From: Marsupella aquatica
Lineage: Eukaryota; Plantae; Marchantiophyta
Assembly: GCA_973895155.1 (NCBI GenBank)
Contig: OZ316897.1
Span: forward strand, 15,127,375 to 15,191,374
DNA: 64,000 nt
Reading direction: 5' to 3'
A program made the translations under genes and the position numbers. Positions 11,786 to 25,226 of this stretch are shown here, piece after piece (position 1 is the first letter of the stretch; each line of letters starts with the position of its first letter). The notes under the pieces were generated by a model. That model was not told the DNA's origin. It made no database searches and saw nothing but the letters and a program-made list of their open reading frames with translations.

Positions 11786-12698
11786 TAAGTTTCAAATTTG
11801 ACTTTCAAGTATTGGTTGAGTCGTCTAGTCGGATTCACCCCTATCGTCATTGGGATATATGTTCCAGAACTTTGTGCGGCCTTGAACACTGATCACAAGG
11901 GACAGATGCCCCTTTCTTGCTTTCTAAGTTTTTGCAGAAATCAATAGAGTAAACCAGTCTGGTACGTTGAGACCAAGAGGTGATCATCGTTTTGCATTGA
12001 GAAGGATCCTGGAAGCACAAATGGCGCATCATGAAATGCAGCCTAGGGGGTTGGACCGCCTTACCTGTTGCAACCTATCCCTAAACTTTACCAGACATAA
12101 AGATTGAAAGGGTAAGACTGAGGTTCATGGCTAATGAATTTAATTGAGATCTATTGTATTGAAGTAATGTGTCCAGGCACATTAAAGAATTGGTATTTAC
12201 AGAGATTCGTACTCTCAATAGTGTCAGGTTTCTGAGAACTAGTTAGTTTTTCTCAGTTTGTATTTTAGAATAATTCCTTTACTCTATTCTTATCCTAGGG
12301 AAATTTGCACAAGTCTTTGAACTTGAATTACTTGAAATTTAGTGGATTTCTTGGGGAGAAGTGGTTGGGTCAGTGACAAAAGTGCTGGTGATTGTATATA
12401 TAACTTGTAGGTGCCTATTACAACTGTAAGCTACTCTCAAGGGCTACTGACAAGAGTAAAGCCTCTAAGCCATGACTCTCTGGCTTAATTAACCAAAAGT
12501 TAGTGGGGTTGCAGGCTAGGTTGCAGGCAGAAAATAGAGATTAGGGGCAAGTCATTGATGAATGTGAATAGTACAAGATCCCTTTTTTGGGCAGGGACAT
12601 ATTGTTCACCCCTTATTCATGTTTATTGAACCAGTAGTCAAGCTAGCAACCATATAACCCACCCTTTGTCTAGAGTGAATCCTCTAGATTGTGAGTAC

Positions 12699-12804
12699 GG
12701 GGTAAGTTTTGGTGAATGTGAATTATAGTAGGGTGAACATTGATGTTCAAAGGGGTAAGTTTTGGTGAATGTGAATTATAGTAGGGTGAACATTGATGTT
12801 CAAA
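12699..12804. repeat. Exact 53-bp tandem duplication
   Basis: ggggtaagttttggtgaatgtgaattatagtagggtgaacattgatgttcaaa occurs twice. Confidence 0.9.
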
Positions 12805-15800
12805 GGTGAATAGAAGGGAGAATGTGAACATGAAGGTTTTTTTTGTTTTCACCTCTATTCATATATGTTCAAAGAGTGGGCAGTCAGGCTAGTTCCTCAA
12901 ATTTGTGTTTCATTGTTACATGGATTCTTGGAGCGGATCCAAGTGAGACTTTGTAATTCCAAAACTTTTTGCTTGTTTGACCTTTCATGTCTTTCTTGTA
13001 GTGACTGTTCATGTCCTTTTTTTTCTTTTTTAAAGGGGAAATATGTGAAACCCCACAGAAAGGGAAGAGGTCAGTGACAATATATGGGAAGAGTCAGCCA
13101 CAACAGTTGAACCCAAGACCTATCAGTCTCTACTCAAATGAGCTACCACAAATTCATGCCTCTTTGGGCGACTGTTCATGTCTTTTACCCTCCTTAAGAG
13201 AATTTTCTTAAGAAAATGGAAGAAATACACAAAATTAATCCTTGTATCTACACCCTAGACTTAACCTGACCTAACAATTCAAAGTTCACTCTCACTTTGC
13301 TGGTTTGATGGTTCTTGCTAAGTTTGGTGATAGAGCAAGCATGTTCAAATATTTTCTATTTTCTGTGATGATCACCATGTCATTTACAGCACCCACATTT
13401 GGATCTTGCCTGAGTCAGGGAGATGCCAAAAAACCCATTTGCGCTAAATTCTCCACAAATGATCAGAGTTTCCAATATGAAGTTATGGATATAACCTCAG
13501 GGGTCTAACTAATGACAATCTACATTCAAGCTATTATGATCGATCTCTTGTGTAGTCCCCTATTTACTCTAATCTGAGGGTGCCGACACTTAGGCTAATA
13601 CTTAGAAGGTCCGCACGAAGACATGTTTTCTCCAAAGTTAGTAGAATTAGAACTCTGTATGCTGCCCAACCATAGTTGTTATTAACCATAATCATATAGC
13701 TACAAATGATCATAGCGGATACTTAATCATATATGGTCCCATAGCCAATAGATACAAAAGTAGGTAAATACTTCAGGTTCAAACTGAAGTGGTGCTTGGA
13801 TGGACCAGGGATAGTGTTAACAGAAAACCAGTGATGATGGATGGATAGAAACTGGGTTACAAGAAACCGGGATGGATGAACATGGACCACGTGAGTGGTA
13901 ACAAAAGCTTGGTTTTATTGCAAAGAACAAGTGCTCAATCCTCAAAAACCATTTCGTCAGGCATTTAGGTCCATGGGGATTTAGGTTTCGCTGGTTTTTT
14001 TTAATAATTTAGCTGGGGTCTATCTATACTCCATTTAAAAGCTGGGGTGAATGCTTTTAAGTGAAAATGTTGGATGAATTAGTTAGTTTTGAATCTATAT
14101 TTCTGTAGTACCATGTAAGCATTTGATGCTCTGAATATATATATATATATAATATTGTTTAGTAGGAAGTAGACTGGTGAGATTTCTTAAAAAAAACTCC
14201 TCGCAACAAAACTTGTATATTCATTCTACTAACTTTAAAATAAAAATCATTGGTAAAGTCTGTGTTTTTTGGTTGTCAATCATTTTTGGGTGACTTTTTA
14301 CAGGTTAGAGTTCTGTTAGTTCCCTTTCCTGAGAGAAAATTTTCACTTTCCCAAACATTTTCAAGTACTTTTCTCTACATAATTTTTTAATTTGTATTCA
14401 ATTAAGTTGTCCTAACTACGTATTATCCAATGTGCAACTTTTCATGTCCCCAAATAGTTCAATAAAATAAGCTTATGTAACCAAGGGGTCCTCAAGCTAA
14501 TTTATGATATACCTTGATAAACCTAATTATTATCTATAGGCTATTGAATGTGATTTCAAAATTCTTAGGAAAAAAATGCTCCCATGGAGCACAAAATTGG
14601 TCTTTTCAAACTTGAGCCCAGTCAACATGTGGCTTTTGGGAGGTATTTCTAGGAGTTTCATAACTTAGGGTACTGAATAAATTCATGGGTATCAAAGTTA
14701 TAAAAGGAAGTTGACAAAATGATAGACTATTGGTTTATGTTTGATAAACTTGGGCCAAGGCCAACTAAGAACAACCTGGTAATCACAGATCAAAATATGG
14801 CTGCATTCATTGATTGAAAGAAAAAAACTAAGATTATTCATTGATTGAAAGAAAAAAACTAAGATTATCACTGTATGCATGCAGGGGTGCAGTTCATAGT
14901 ATATGTCATATTTTTCAAGAAGAACATTGAGAATTGGGGCGAACAACGTACAGGGCTCCGATAAAATGGGGAAACATGAACTCCATGTAAATTTAAAGCG
15001 CGGCCGTTGTTAGACTTGCAAGCTCTTGTCTCATGCACAAACGTTGGCTGTCCAGATGGCGGTTCCATAGGGATCATTGCTACATTCAACAAGCCTACAT
15101 TAATCCGCTTTCCATGTCAACCGTGAGTATGATGTGCATTGAATTAAGAGGAGGTTGATTGATTGAATACGAACTTATGAAGAATTTATGTTGCCCTTCC
15201 CTGCAAAAGTACCTTTCTTTATGAGTTAATGCGCATGATAGTACCGTTAGCACGAGAGAAGCTCACATGCTTGTTTACAGCACATGTAGACTGCTTAATT
15301 GCTTATAATCATCTCACCTTGCATCATCCAAGATCCTTGGAGGAAGTCCGTATCAACCGTATTCTTGAGCTTTTCCCATTAGGCAGTTCTGACTCGAGTT
15401 CTGAAGTTTACGATGTAAAGTGAAGCAATTGAACGAAATGATTGTTTTGTCGTTGCAGGATCAGTAATCCACTCTATGCCAACTATGTGAGCAACGTGGC
15501 TGTTGAATCTTGCTCAGATAACAACAATCTTTCCTGATTTTGCTACTTTTAGTGAGATAACTACATTGTTGCGGTGCCCCATGTGGCCAGCTCTGGACTG
15601 CCCACCGTATGCATTGTCCTGCTATTCACGGATTGATAAGTTGGATGCCGTGTTTCATCCCGCACATGGAAGAGGCATTGTGCAATAGGTGTCACTCGTG
15701 AATTGCACCTTCTCGATTCCGGTCCCTAAATAGTCATTAATCAGGAGAGAATCAACGACAAAGTCATTTCAAAGTCTCAGTATACCGTTGATCTAGGACC

Positions 15801-17896
15801 CAACAATGGCGGCCTAAAGATAAGTTCATGGGCAATTGAGAGTCCTTCTTTGGTGGTTTCCTCTCAGCTGACGTCATAATTATAAATTAATTCGAGTAGG
15901 ATTAAACCACCCATCATCTCACCTCAGTTCAGCATTCGAAAGCAATCCGAGTATCATCAATTCACCCACCTAGGAGGGAGTACGACTGATTGCCCCCGGC
16001 TGAAGTGTAGAGAGCAATCACTATAGTCTATTGCGTTTGGTTACTACAGTGGGGAAGATCAGGTTACGTCAAAAAATAATTAGGTCCAAGACGAAAAAAA
16101 TTAAGTCCAAAAATGTCTATAACTGCTCCAAACCACTTATCTGAAAGTACACATTCATTACATTGATTGAATACTTGCCAATAAGAGCACATGTAAGTAG
16201 AGTAATTGTGCACTGATTAATAAAAGTAGACTACGAGAATGGTGCAGCTTTGAATGATTGCCATGAATCTACTTTAGTTTCCAGGTGCTCCATCGTCCTT
16301 ATATGCTCGATCAATATTCATCATCTACTTTGCACTTACTCAAGAAGCAGTGCAGAAAGTGTAATCCACCTATAATTTATCCGAGGTAATTTACAAGTTC
16401 TTTTATAATTATTGTTTGTATCAAAGATTGAATTGCAAGCATCTACTTTTGCAGTTGCAGCGACTGTGCTTGGGGGAACCCTTAGGTAGTGGTTCCGAGT
16501 ACTTGAGGAGCAGACAAGGAGAACCCTTAGCAGCAATCCACTAGCAAATCCACTAATCTTCAGGGCATGGCAAGATTCGACTTGATCTCATCCCATTGCT
16601 GATGTTGAGTGCCAGTGGATAGAATTTTTTCCAGAAGTTGCTGGAATGAAATCGCTGATGGAAATTAGTCAAATTTCTGATCGAAGTAGCAGACAACAGG
16701 GCCAAATTTCTACCCTCACGCCGTGGTTCTGATTCCCGGCAAGATAGAATTCGGACGTGACCACGTGCCAAAGATTGATGAACAGAGAGGGATAGCGGAT
16801 GAAGGACTCTTGACGAACGTTTTACCGGCGGCTTCGAATGAGAACAAAGTTTTTTCAATCAATTATTTGCTAGCTGCATGCTGACTCTCGACATATAGAT
16901 ACTCTTCTTCTAAGACAAAGTTAATAATACTTTATCATGGGACTCTTGAAGACAAGAAACTACAGCCCTTCATTTAATGAGGTCATCAAATGAATGAAAC
17001 CGAACATTTCTCTCTCCGTCCTAAACCCTGGAATGGTCAAGCATGGTTTCCTCTTAACTACATCTCAACATGATGATACGATATTATCTCCATCGTCATT
17101 CATTTTATTCATTCAATCATTCGTCTGACAGACTATTGCCGTAACGACAGAAAGTGGAGTTTGTAACGGGAAAATTATTTTTTGTAGTGAAATTTAGTGA
17201 CTGCATTTTTGTTTTCAATTTTGTAGTTGAGTGTTTCCACATTATTTTTGTGCCACGCAATGATATCACAGTGAGTAAGGCTCTCGCTATATGCAATTAT
17301 CCCAGTCTCGAGAAAATTATGAGTTCAATGTTCGTCTCCTTCAATCTGTGCGAAGCACTGGAATAAATCGTCAGACACGAAGGAATCCTTTTTAATCTAC
17401 GAATCTTTGGGCTTCATCTCTCTTCATGGCCACCGTACTGCATTTCAAAAGGATTCACTCGCACACTCACTGATACAATTACACCTGACAGAATACGAAT
17501 TTACTATGAATCACACCTGATTAATTCTATAAACATTCAGTGGTTTTCATGGGCAATTTTAGATTTCCTCTCAAGCACGAACTTAAGGATACTCATAATG
17601 GCCGTGTTGAGATGACAAGCCAAGTCGATCTCTTTAATTTGAAACAGGGTAAATAATGTCTTGTCTTGAAACTATACGGGTTTGTATATCATTCGTCATC
17701 CATTAAATAAATGGGAGTGCTTTTGCTTCAAGGAACCAAACTTCAACCACTGACACCGACCTTGCTGAGAATGCGTGTGCATTGCATTAGCGACACGATC
17801 TTAGTTTATGGTGGGTATCCATGGTTGGAGATGTTGCAAGCATATAGTCTTTGCCCGAGTCTTTGTCAAGTACAATCACTAGGGCCTTGGGCAGTG

Positions 17897-20800
17897 TTAA
17901 TAAGCCTCAATTTCTCCTCTTGGTACAACCCATTTACCTCGATAAAAGACACGATAGGGAAGCTGTGGCACCTCAGCATTCAAGCGCTCCTTCTTAATCA
18001 CCTCAGGCTCGTGTTGATCTGCCAGTCTTTTTTGTTCTTGAAGAAAGTATGATCGCAAAGAGACCAAGAAAGCAGCTACTTGGTCCATCCTAGGTCGTTT
18101 TTGCAAGTCCAAGCTACAGCATTGCTTGGCAACTTGCAACACTTCCTTCATCACAGCCATGCCTCCAACCACAGTACCTGTCAGGTGGTATAATTCCGTT
18201 CCACAATTACCATATTTTCTGACAGCTACTTCATGCTGTACGTTTAATTTCTTTGCTACAGAAAAGACCTCAAATGTTTGACCTTTACGCTTCATACAAA
18301 ATATGATTCTATCAAAAGGTTTATAACTTACAGAAGATCGGAAATGGGTTTATTGAAATGACCTCTAATGGAATTAATTGACTGAAGTAACATTGTATAG
18401 TGGGTCCTTCACCGTTTCTCTGACTTTCATGTCTCTTTGATAAAGATCGAGCAAGAAGTCGTTCAAATTAAGCAATGTTATTCAGTGCAAGGAGCAACAT
18501 CTGGTACTCATGTTCGTTAATTACTAACCTGGCTGTATGATTTGCTCTATCTTGCCCCTCTGCATCCTCTCGAGCACGATATGAGAGAGTAGCGTGACAG
18601 GGCGTTTGGTGTCCCACGCTGGGAGATGGGTGGCCAACTCCATCAGCAGCACTCCAAAACTGTACACGTCCGTCTTGTCATCCAGCTGACCAGTCTGCTC
18701 ATAAACGGGATCCTTGTAGCCAAATGCGCCGAGGGCTACAGGGGTATGCAAATCAGTCTCTTGCTTAATCACCACCGCAATGCCAAGGTCGGAAAGCTTG
18801 CCGTGGTAATCAGAATCCAGAAGGACATTGGAAGATTTCACATCTCGGTGATAGATGGGGTATTGGCAGTTGTAGTGCAGTTCGCAGAGAGCGTTTGCGA
18901 CGTCGATGGCCACTGCTAGACGAGCGTAAGCGTCTGAATGCAGGTAGGTACCTATACATTGGCCACAGCAAATTTGTCATTCGTCAATCGGCACTTTCCC
19001 GCATGGCCTGGGCCCCCTCTCCTTCAAAGATTCTCGATTGTAAGTATGAATGTCTCGGAATTCATGTACTGACTTTGGTGGTATCTATGTAGACAGTGAC
19101 AATCTCAAATAATCATACTAAACAGTTTACCGAGTAGTCCATTGCGATAAATATTTTCTAGTATGATTTGGTAAGAATCATTTCACTCTGGGCTTTAAAT
19201 CAAATGACAATACAGCCCAGGCTTAATTTCCAAGCAGTGGCTACACCTAGCTGATCGACGAAAATGAAATTTTTGAGTGTATGAGAATCTGGAGTTCCTC
19301 GATCCAGGTTTCTTAGAAGAGTGGATGTTATCACGACGACCTTCCGTCAGCTTTATACTGTCGTCAATGCTCGATCCATATATCAAGCCCTTTCAAAACT
19401 TACTATAGATAACATAGACTCGAGAAACATCCAGCTTGCCCAAGGGGATAACAAGTATGGCGGAAAAGTAGACCTCTTCGAGGCAGTTGGCTTGTTCATT
19501 CAAGGAATTCCCTACGGTCTCCTCATTCAAAATAAGTGCAGGAATTCTACTAAATCAAATGCTACTTCAGAAGCTAGAAAGAAGCGCTAGGTACAGCTAG
19601 TCCAGCATCGTCCTACAAGTCAATAGTATGTGCCACTTACTCAGAGTCTAGGTGTCAAGTTCGCTAGTAAACGGAAGAAATGTATGGGCTGCAGATAACG
19701 AATCCAGACGTCTAAAAATGTTTTTTTTCTTCCACACTGGAGAATATTAGATCTGAATTTTGCAACTGACATTACATTCAAATTGACAAGGTAAAGGTAC
19801 TTTCTGCAAGCTTCTAGGTTACTTAGTACCTCTTTTTCCTTGTAGATGTTGTCTCAAACTTCCTTTAGGCATGAACTCATACACAATGAGAGGTTCTTTG
19901 GGATCAAAGGACACGCCAAGCAGATGTCGGACGTCTGGTTGTGCATATTTCGACAGTAGACGATGAACTCTGACTTCTGCGAGAACGCTCTATCACGCAT
20001 ACGAAACATCAACCGATTGCTTCAGATTTGATACGTAACATCGGCAGACCAATTTGTGACCCTAATTTATAACAGAACAATTTTCTCAAACAACAAGTAG
20101 CTTGAGCACAAAAAGAGCAACGAAAACGAGATCATCGATGACCATGATCTCTACTTAGTGCATGTCCCAAGTCTGATGTCTTTGATCATCAGCAGCGATC
20201 ATCTGCTTCATTTACGTTTAATGTGTACTTGTAGCTGATAGCATTTGCACAAGGTCGGTAACGTGTACTCTGCCCTACTACAGGGTTATGTGATACATTT
20301 TGAGAAATAGTAGTCCCTCCTCGTCTTTCGTGCTGCCGGAGAGCTTTGTTTGTTTTGAAAAGTGTACACTTTGAGTGCTTGAGAGGAGCAATTCAATGAT
20401 CCAGGTACAACAGACTTCACCAGGTTTAATTTAAAAGATTGTTTAAACAATCTTTCTTGCAGAGTAAATTTGGTTCATTCGACAGTTTCGTCCACATCCC
20501 GCTTGTTCATCTATGGTAAGAGTAATTTACATTTTACATCTGTTGGCAGCTAGACTTGACCACACATACCTGCATCGGATCAGCAGACTTGTTCTTAAAT
20601 TTCTTCACAGCAACGTCGGCGGGATCGTTATCAGACAGGCGACCATGAAAAACCGATCCATTTTGACCTTCACCGATGCGATTCCTGAGCGCAAAGTTCC
20701 CAGTTGCTCGTTGAAGAACTTTGTGCGTGAACCAATGAATGTAGGCTGGTTCGTGACCTCGCCGATCCCGACCATTCCACCGTGAGAATTGCGACGCTGC

Positions 20801-21448
20801 AGAAATCGATTTTATTCAGTTGTAATTTATCGCGAGTCATACGTACTCGTGTTAAGCACAGATACACTGATCATCGTTTCCAGAGACTGTTTGATTAATA
20901 TCCGTTCTGCACTTTCATTGTAGTATAAGACATTGTTTAAATTTCAGTAGTCTAAAGGTTGCTTCTATGCACACGCACGACGAGTATGAGTGACTTGCTA
21001 ATTTCATACTTAGCGGATGTGGCGAACTCTAAGTTGTTGCATGCCACATCCTCCTGATCACTGTATCCCGAGACATTTCATGTGAAGAGCTCATCTAGAT
21101 TTCCAAAATGAACCCTAATCTGTCCCGAAGATGATTGCTCAAGTCCCATACACGCTTCCTACCATATCATTTCATCGCTAGCTGAAATCATATCTCGTTA
21201 TAATTGGTTAGGCGCACTGGCGTGGATCAGAATGTGGATTGCTAGGTTTCCTTAAAGCTGTTGAAGCGATTCATACCAATGACCAATGTAAGATTTCGTT
21301 TGGACTTTATTTCTAATTAGCTTGTTTTAAGTAACTATGCGAGAGTAGTACCTTCACGCTTCTGTACGCCTTGGATGCGCTTCTGCTGTTGCGTGTTTGC
21401 GATAACCCGTTCTGATCTCCTGTCACCTCCGTAATGCAACAAACCCAT
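17897..21448 (-). CDS. RLK/Pelle (WAK/LRK10L-like) cytoplasmic kinase, 5 exons: 21448-21352 (tentative), 20796-20570, 19989-19830, 18951-18529, 18177-17897; ~395 aa
   Basis: Manual splicing at GT-AG sites keeps the frame (97+227+160+423+281=1188 nt). It yields WFTHKVLQRATGNF, IGEGQNGSVF, VAVKK, LIVYEFMPKGSL, HRDVKSSN, DLG, GAFGYKDP, DVYSFGVLLMEL and RPRMDQV. The first exon is less certain. Confidence 0.85.
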
Positions 21449-23346
21449 TGTCTACAACTTGACCGTCACCAGGCACTCGGCCTGGCGATGTCTATTGATC
21501 GTACTATGAGAATTTCTTGACGAGTCTTGGTAGGTCTCCGAAATCAGCCGCCCACCCTTCTGTCTCCGCATGTCCACCGTCTAGTGCTTGACAATTCTCA
21601 GTCTACTGCTTCAATCAAATAATCCTTACATTGTGTATGAAACGAAGGAGATCGTCAGCATGAATTCCTCGCTTCCTTTTGAATGCCGTCTCGTATGGAA
21701 TTACGTTTTTAACCATCTCCATCAAACACGAGCGCAGATTGCAGTATTGCAAAATGCAGTCAGCTAATGGCATTGAATTCCAGACGGGCTACGGAGCGCA
21801 ACGTAGGACTGCATTTCATAATTGTAGAATAGTTCGTGGAATCATGCATGCACGAGACACTCCGCGCAGTTTGAAGTAATTTTGCATTACCAAATTTGTG
21901 GAGGTTCAGCAACTTGTAACTGCTAAATCACATGGTCCCCAGCTATTAAATCGATGTTTGTTTACAAGGATCTTTCAATATCTCGATCCTCGGCACACAA
22001 GCCAACCTAGTTTTGCATTCTCTCCTAATTTCACGAATTAGTAAAGGAGACGATGAGTTTGCAATTAAATACGAAGGAAATGAGTACCCTTTCTTGTTTG
22101 CCTCCAAAAAACACCAATTGAACTTCATTTAAAATGAGCCTGCCCACAAGGGGGTCGGCACCAGCTTATTTTTTGGGTGCAAATTTTAGTCAAATTAAAC
22201 CTCCCCAAAAAGTGTTCTTCACTTTTGGCTAAAACTTGCTACATTTTGTATGCCATTTGCCACTTTTTCACCAAATCATGGACCCCATTTGCCAGAATCT
22301 AATGGTTGTCCATAAATCTAGGGATAAGTGATGGTGAGTATATAGTCCAGGAAAAATTGATAGAGAATATTCCTAGAATCTCCTCCCTTAGAAGCCACAC
22401 ACAGGCTAAAAAGAAAAGAAAACTTTGAAAAATATGCTGGTAGGCACCCAGGAGTATCCAAAGGGCAAGGAGCCCCCAAAACTGGGGAGGCAAGAGAGAA
22501 GCAAGCCCAAAGAAAGGGAGCCAAACCAAACTTTAACTAGTGCAGCATAGGAGCCACAAAACTCCAAAGAAGGGCCAGTTAACAAGGACCAGGGGTACCT
22601 ATGAGTGTATCCATGATATATAGCATGTTCATCCTAGAACATGCCTTTTTTTGTTTTGTAGTGATATGTAATTTATTTGATTTATTTATGATAAAAGAAA
22701 TAACATGAAAAATATATGTCAAGAAATTAATATATGTTAATTAAGAGTGAGTGAAATAGTACACATGTAAAGAAAAACACATTATGACCAAGAAAATACA
22801 AAGGTACTAAAGAGTTGTGCATACAGTAAAGATTTTCACTTGCTTCTAGGTAATGACAATTAACTCAATTAAAACCATAAATTTTGTAAAAGAAACCATG
22901 AGGAGAACTTAGTACACCAGATGTGCACATTATTCAAATACATTTATCTCACTCTCATGAAAAAAATAAAAATTCACTAAGGAGTGATTGAAAAAGAAAA
23001 ATTAAACATTTATGAAGGGAGCCAAATCAGTAAGCCAAATACATTCAAAGTACTCTAAGTTCCCTAAAACTTAGATTCAAAATCAAATGAATACAGATGA
23101 TTCACCTTGTTAAGGGCACATTAAAATCAAAATATTGAACACATAATCCCTCCACATGCAACGGGTGCAAAGCGTATGTGTAAGTGGATATAGTGGTGTG
23201 ATGTGAGTACTAGTTTCTCCTCAGGCCCTGGTTGGTCTACTTTCCTGCCCATGTTCAACCCTCTCTCACCCTTGGTCCAGGCCTTGTCCGGAGCAGGGGT
23301 ATTGTCCTCTGGTGGTTACCTTAGATAAAATCTCATGCTTTGCCCA

Positions 23347-23680
23347 GAGAGGTATGGTTGTGTGGTAGCTAACTTGTGTGTAAACTCACTTGAGTAGAGA
23401 TTGATAGGTCACTTCAGTGGAGAGGTATGGTTGTGTGGTAGTTACCTTGTGTGTAAACTCACTTGAGTAGAGATTGATAGGTCACTTCATTGGAGTGGAG
23501 AGTAATAACTATTGGATTCAAATGTTGTGACTGATTGTTCACTCTCTATGAGATTTCACAAATTCGATGCTAGGAGTAGAGATTGATAGGTCACTTCAGT
23601 GGAGTGGAGAGTAATAACTATTGGATTCAAATGTTGTGACTGATTGTTCACTCTCTATGAGATTTCACAAATTCGATGCT
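23347..23680. repeat. Nested tandem duplications (~74-bp and ~108-bp units)
   Basis: gagaggtatggttgtgtggtag...ggtcacttca occurs twice, overlapping with two copies of gagtagagattgataggtc...aaattcgatgct. Confidence 0.9.
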
Positions 23681-24184
23681 CCTAGCAGAACATCCCATCT
23701 ATCCTATAGTGTGTGGATGGGGGTGCTTTCGACTTTCAAGGGAGAACAAACAAAAAGTTTAAGTAATTTCGTGGCGACGACTCTTCAAGGACATGAACTC
23801 TAGCGAGTTTTCGAAGCTAAAGACACTGACCGGGAGGGCCGGTCTGAGGCAGAACCGACTGGCTAGCGCCGGTGGCTTGTTCTTCTCTGTTTGGTCATTC
23901 GATCTTATCGCGAGGATATCGTCATTCTAAGCTCGAGGCTGCAGAGGGGCTGCAGATTCGAGTCGCATCGAGCAGATAATCGAGAGCAGAGTAATTGCAA
24001 AAGTGGGGAGCCGGAGATTGCGCTCCATGCTGAGGGGCATTTGCTGGAAGAGGCACTCGAAAAAAGAGAGATTGCAGAATTGGGGAGCTAGAGAACATCG
24101 TTGGCGAGGAAGAGACACTCGAGAACAGAGAGATTGCAACAGGGAGCGAGAGATGAGCCGCCCTCCATGCTGAGGAGGCACTCG

Positions 24185-24672
24185 AGAGAAGAGAGATTGC
24201 AAAAGTGGGAGGGAGAGTTGAATTGTGCGTCTTCATACTGAGGAGGAGGTACTAGAGAGAAGAGAAGGTGCAAAAGTGGGAGCGAGAATTGAATTGGGGT
24301 TCATACTGAGGAGGCACTAGGGAGAAGCGAAACTCAGAAGTGAAACTGGGGAGGACGGGATCGAGAAGACGACTTCAGAAGAGGTCGATTTGACAGGAGA
24401 ATGGGAGTCGAGACGAGTTTCTTCTGGTAAGGTCACAGTTTCTTCTCAAAGTGATTCAGTGATGATGTCCGATTCATTGCCAGATGAGCTCTAGATTGCA
24501 CAAAGCGACCTTGCCAGGGCCAGGTCCAAGGAACTCATTCGTTCAGGGGTGAGGTTTCTTTCGCTGTATGAGATAGCGGGATTCTGCTGCTGCGTTCCTC
24601 CGTCTACATGAAGGACTAGCGTGGGCTCGCACACACCGATAAAGCACTATCAAACGAAGCTCAACTTTCAAG
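24185..24672 (+). repeat. Left arm of a ~480-bp diverged inverted repeat (partner 35743-36222), preceded by ~70-bp subrepeats from ~23990
   Basis: Collinear match to the reverse complement of 35743-36222, e.g. aaagtgggagggagagttgaattg, cttcagaagaggtcgatt, tttcttctggtaaggt and cgctgtatgaga(t/c)agcgggattctgc. Confidence 0.9.
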
Positions 24673-25226
24673 CAAAAAGAGACTCGTTTTGGGAAGAAAA
24701 TACTCGAAGCAATGCATAAAAGAGAGATTAAAAGAACGCATGACATCACTGGATCTTGCTACAAAGAAATCGAAGCACGGATATCGGTATTAATTTTCAT
24801 AGTACCGTAGCGACGGACAGAGAGGACCATTTTGAAGGTCACTGGATTAGTGCACAGAGAACATTGATCATGGTGGTTGTGAATCAGTTTCTTCCGGTAG
24901 AAATGGAACTCCGATTGAAGGGCGAAATTTAGCCTCGAATGATGTGCAGTGAAAGTGACAAACTCGTTTTACTCTTTTAGAATTTTAGATACGAGTCTCT
25001 AACAAACAGGTCGTTCCTGTTGTTCTTGTGGCCTGCAACAGCATGACTTTCAAGTGATCTTCGAATGCTGAATGCATCTCGTGGAAGAGAGTCGTGCGCT
25101 TTTAGCTCGTGGGAGAGATGCAACGCTGGTAGCCGGCTCTATGTAGAATCGAAACGGACCTTCGTTTGGCTGCAACGAAGCTCACGATTCCACACTCCAA
25201 TCCATTTCCGCCAACCTACCTCAACG

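Noticed and set aside
25065-25226. N-terminal 54-aa extension of the SDR ORF
   Set aside because: It does not resemble an SDR N-terminus. Downstream ATGs directly precede the membrane anchor.
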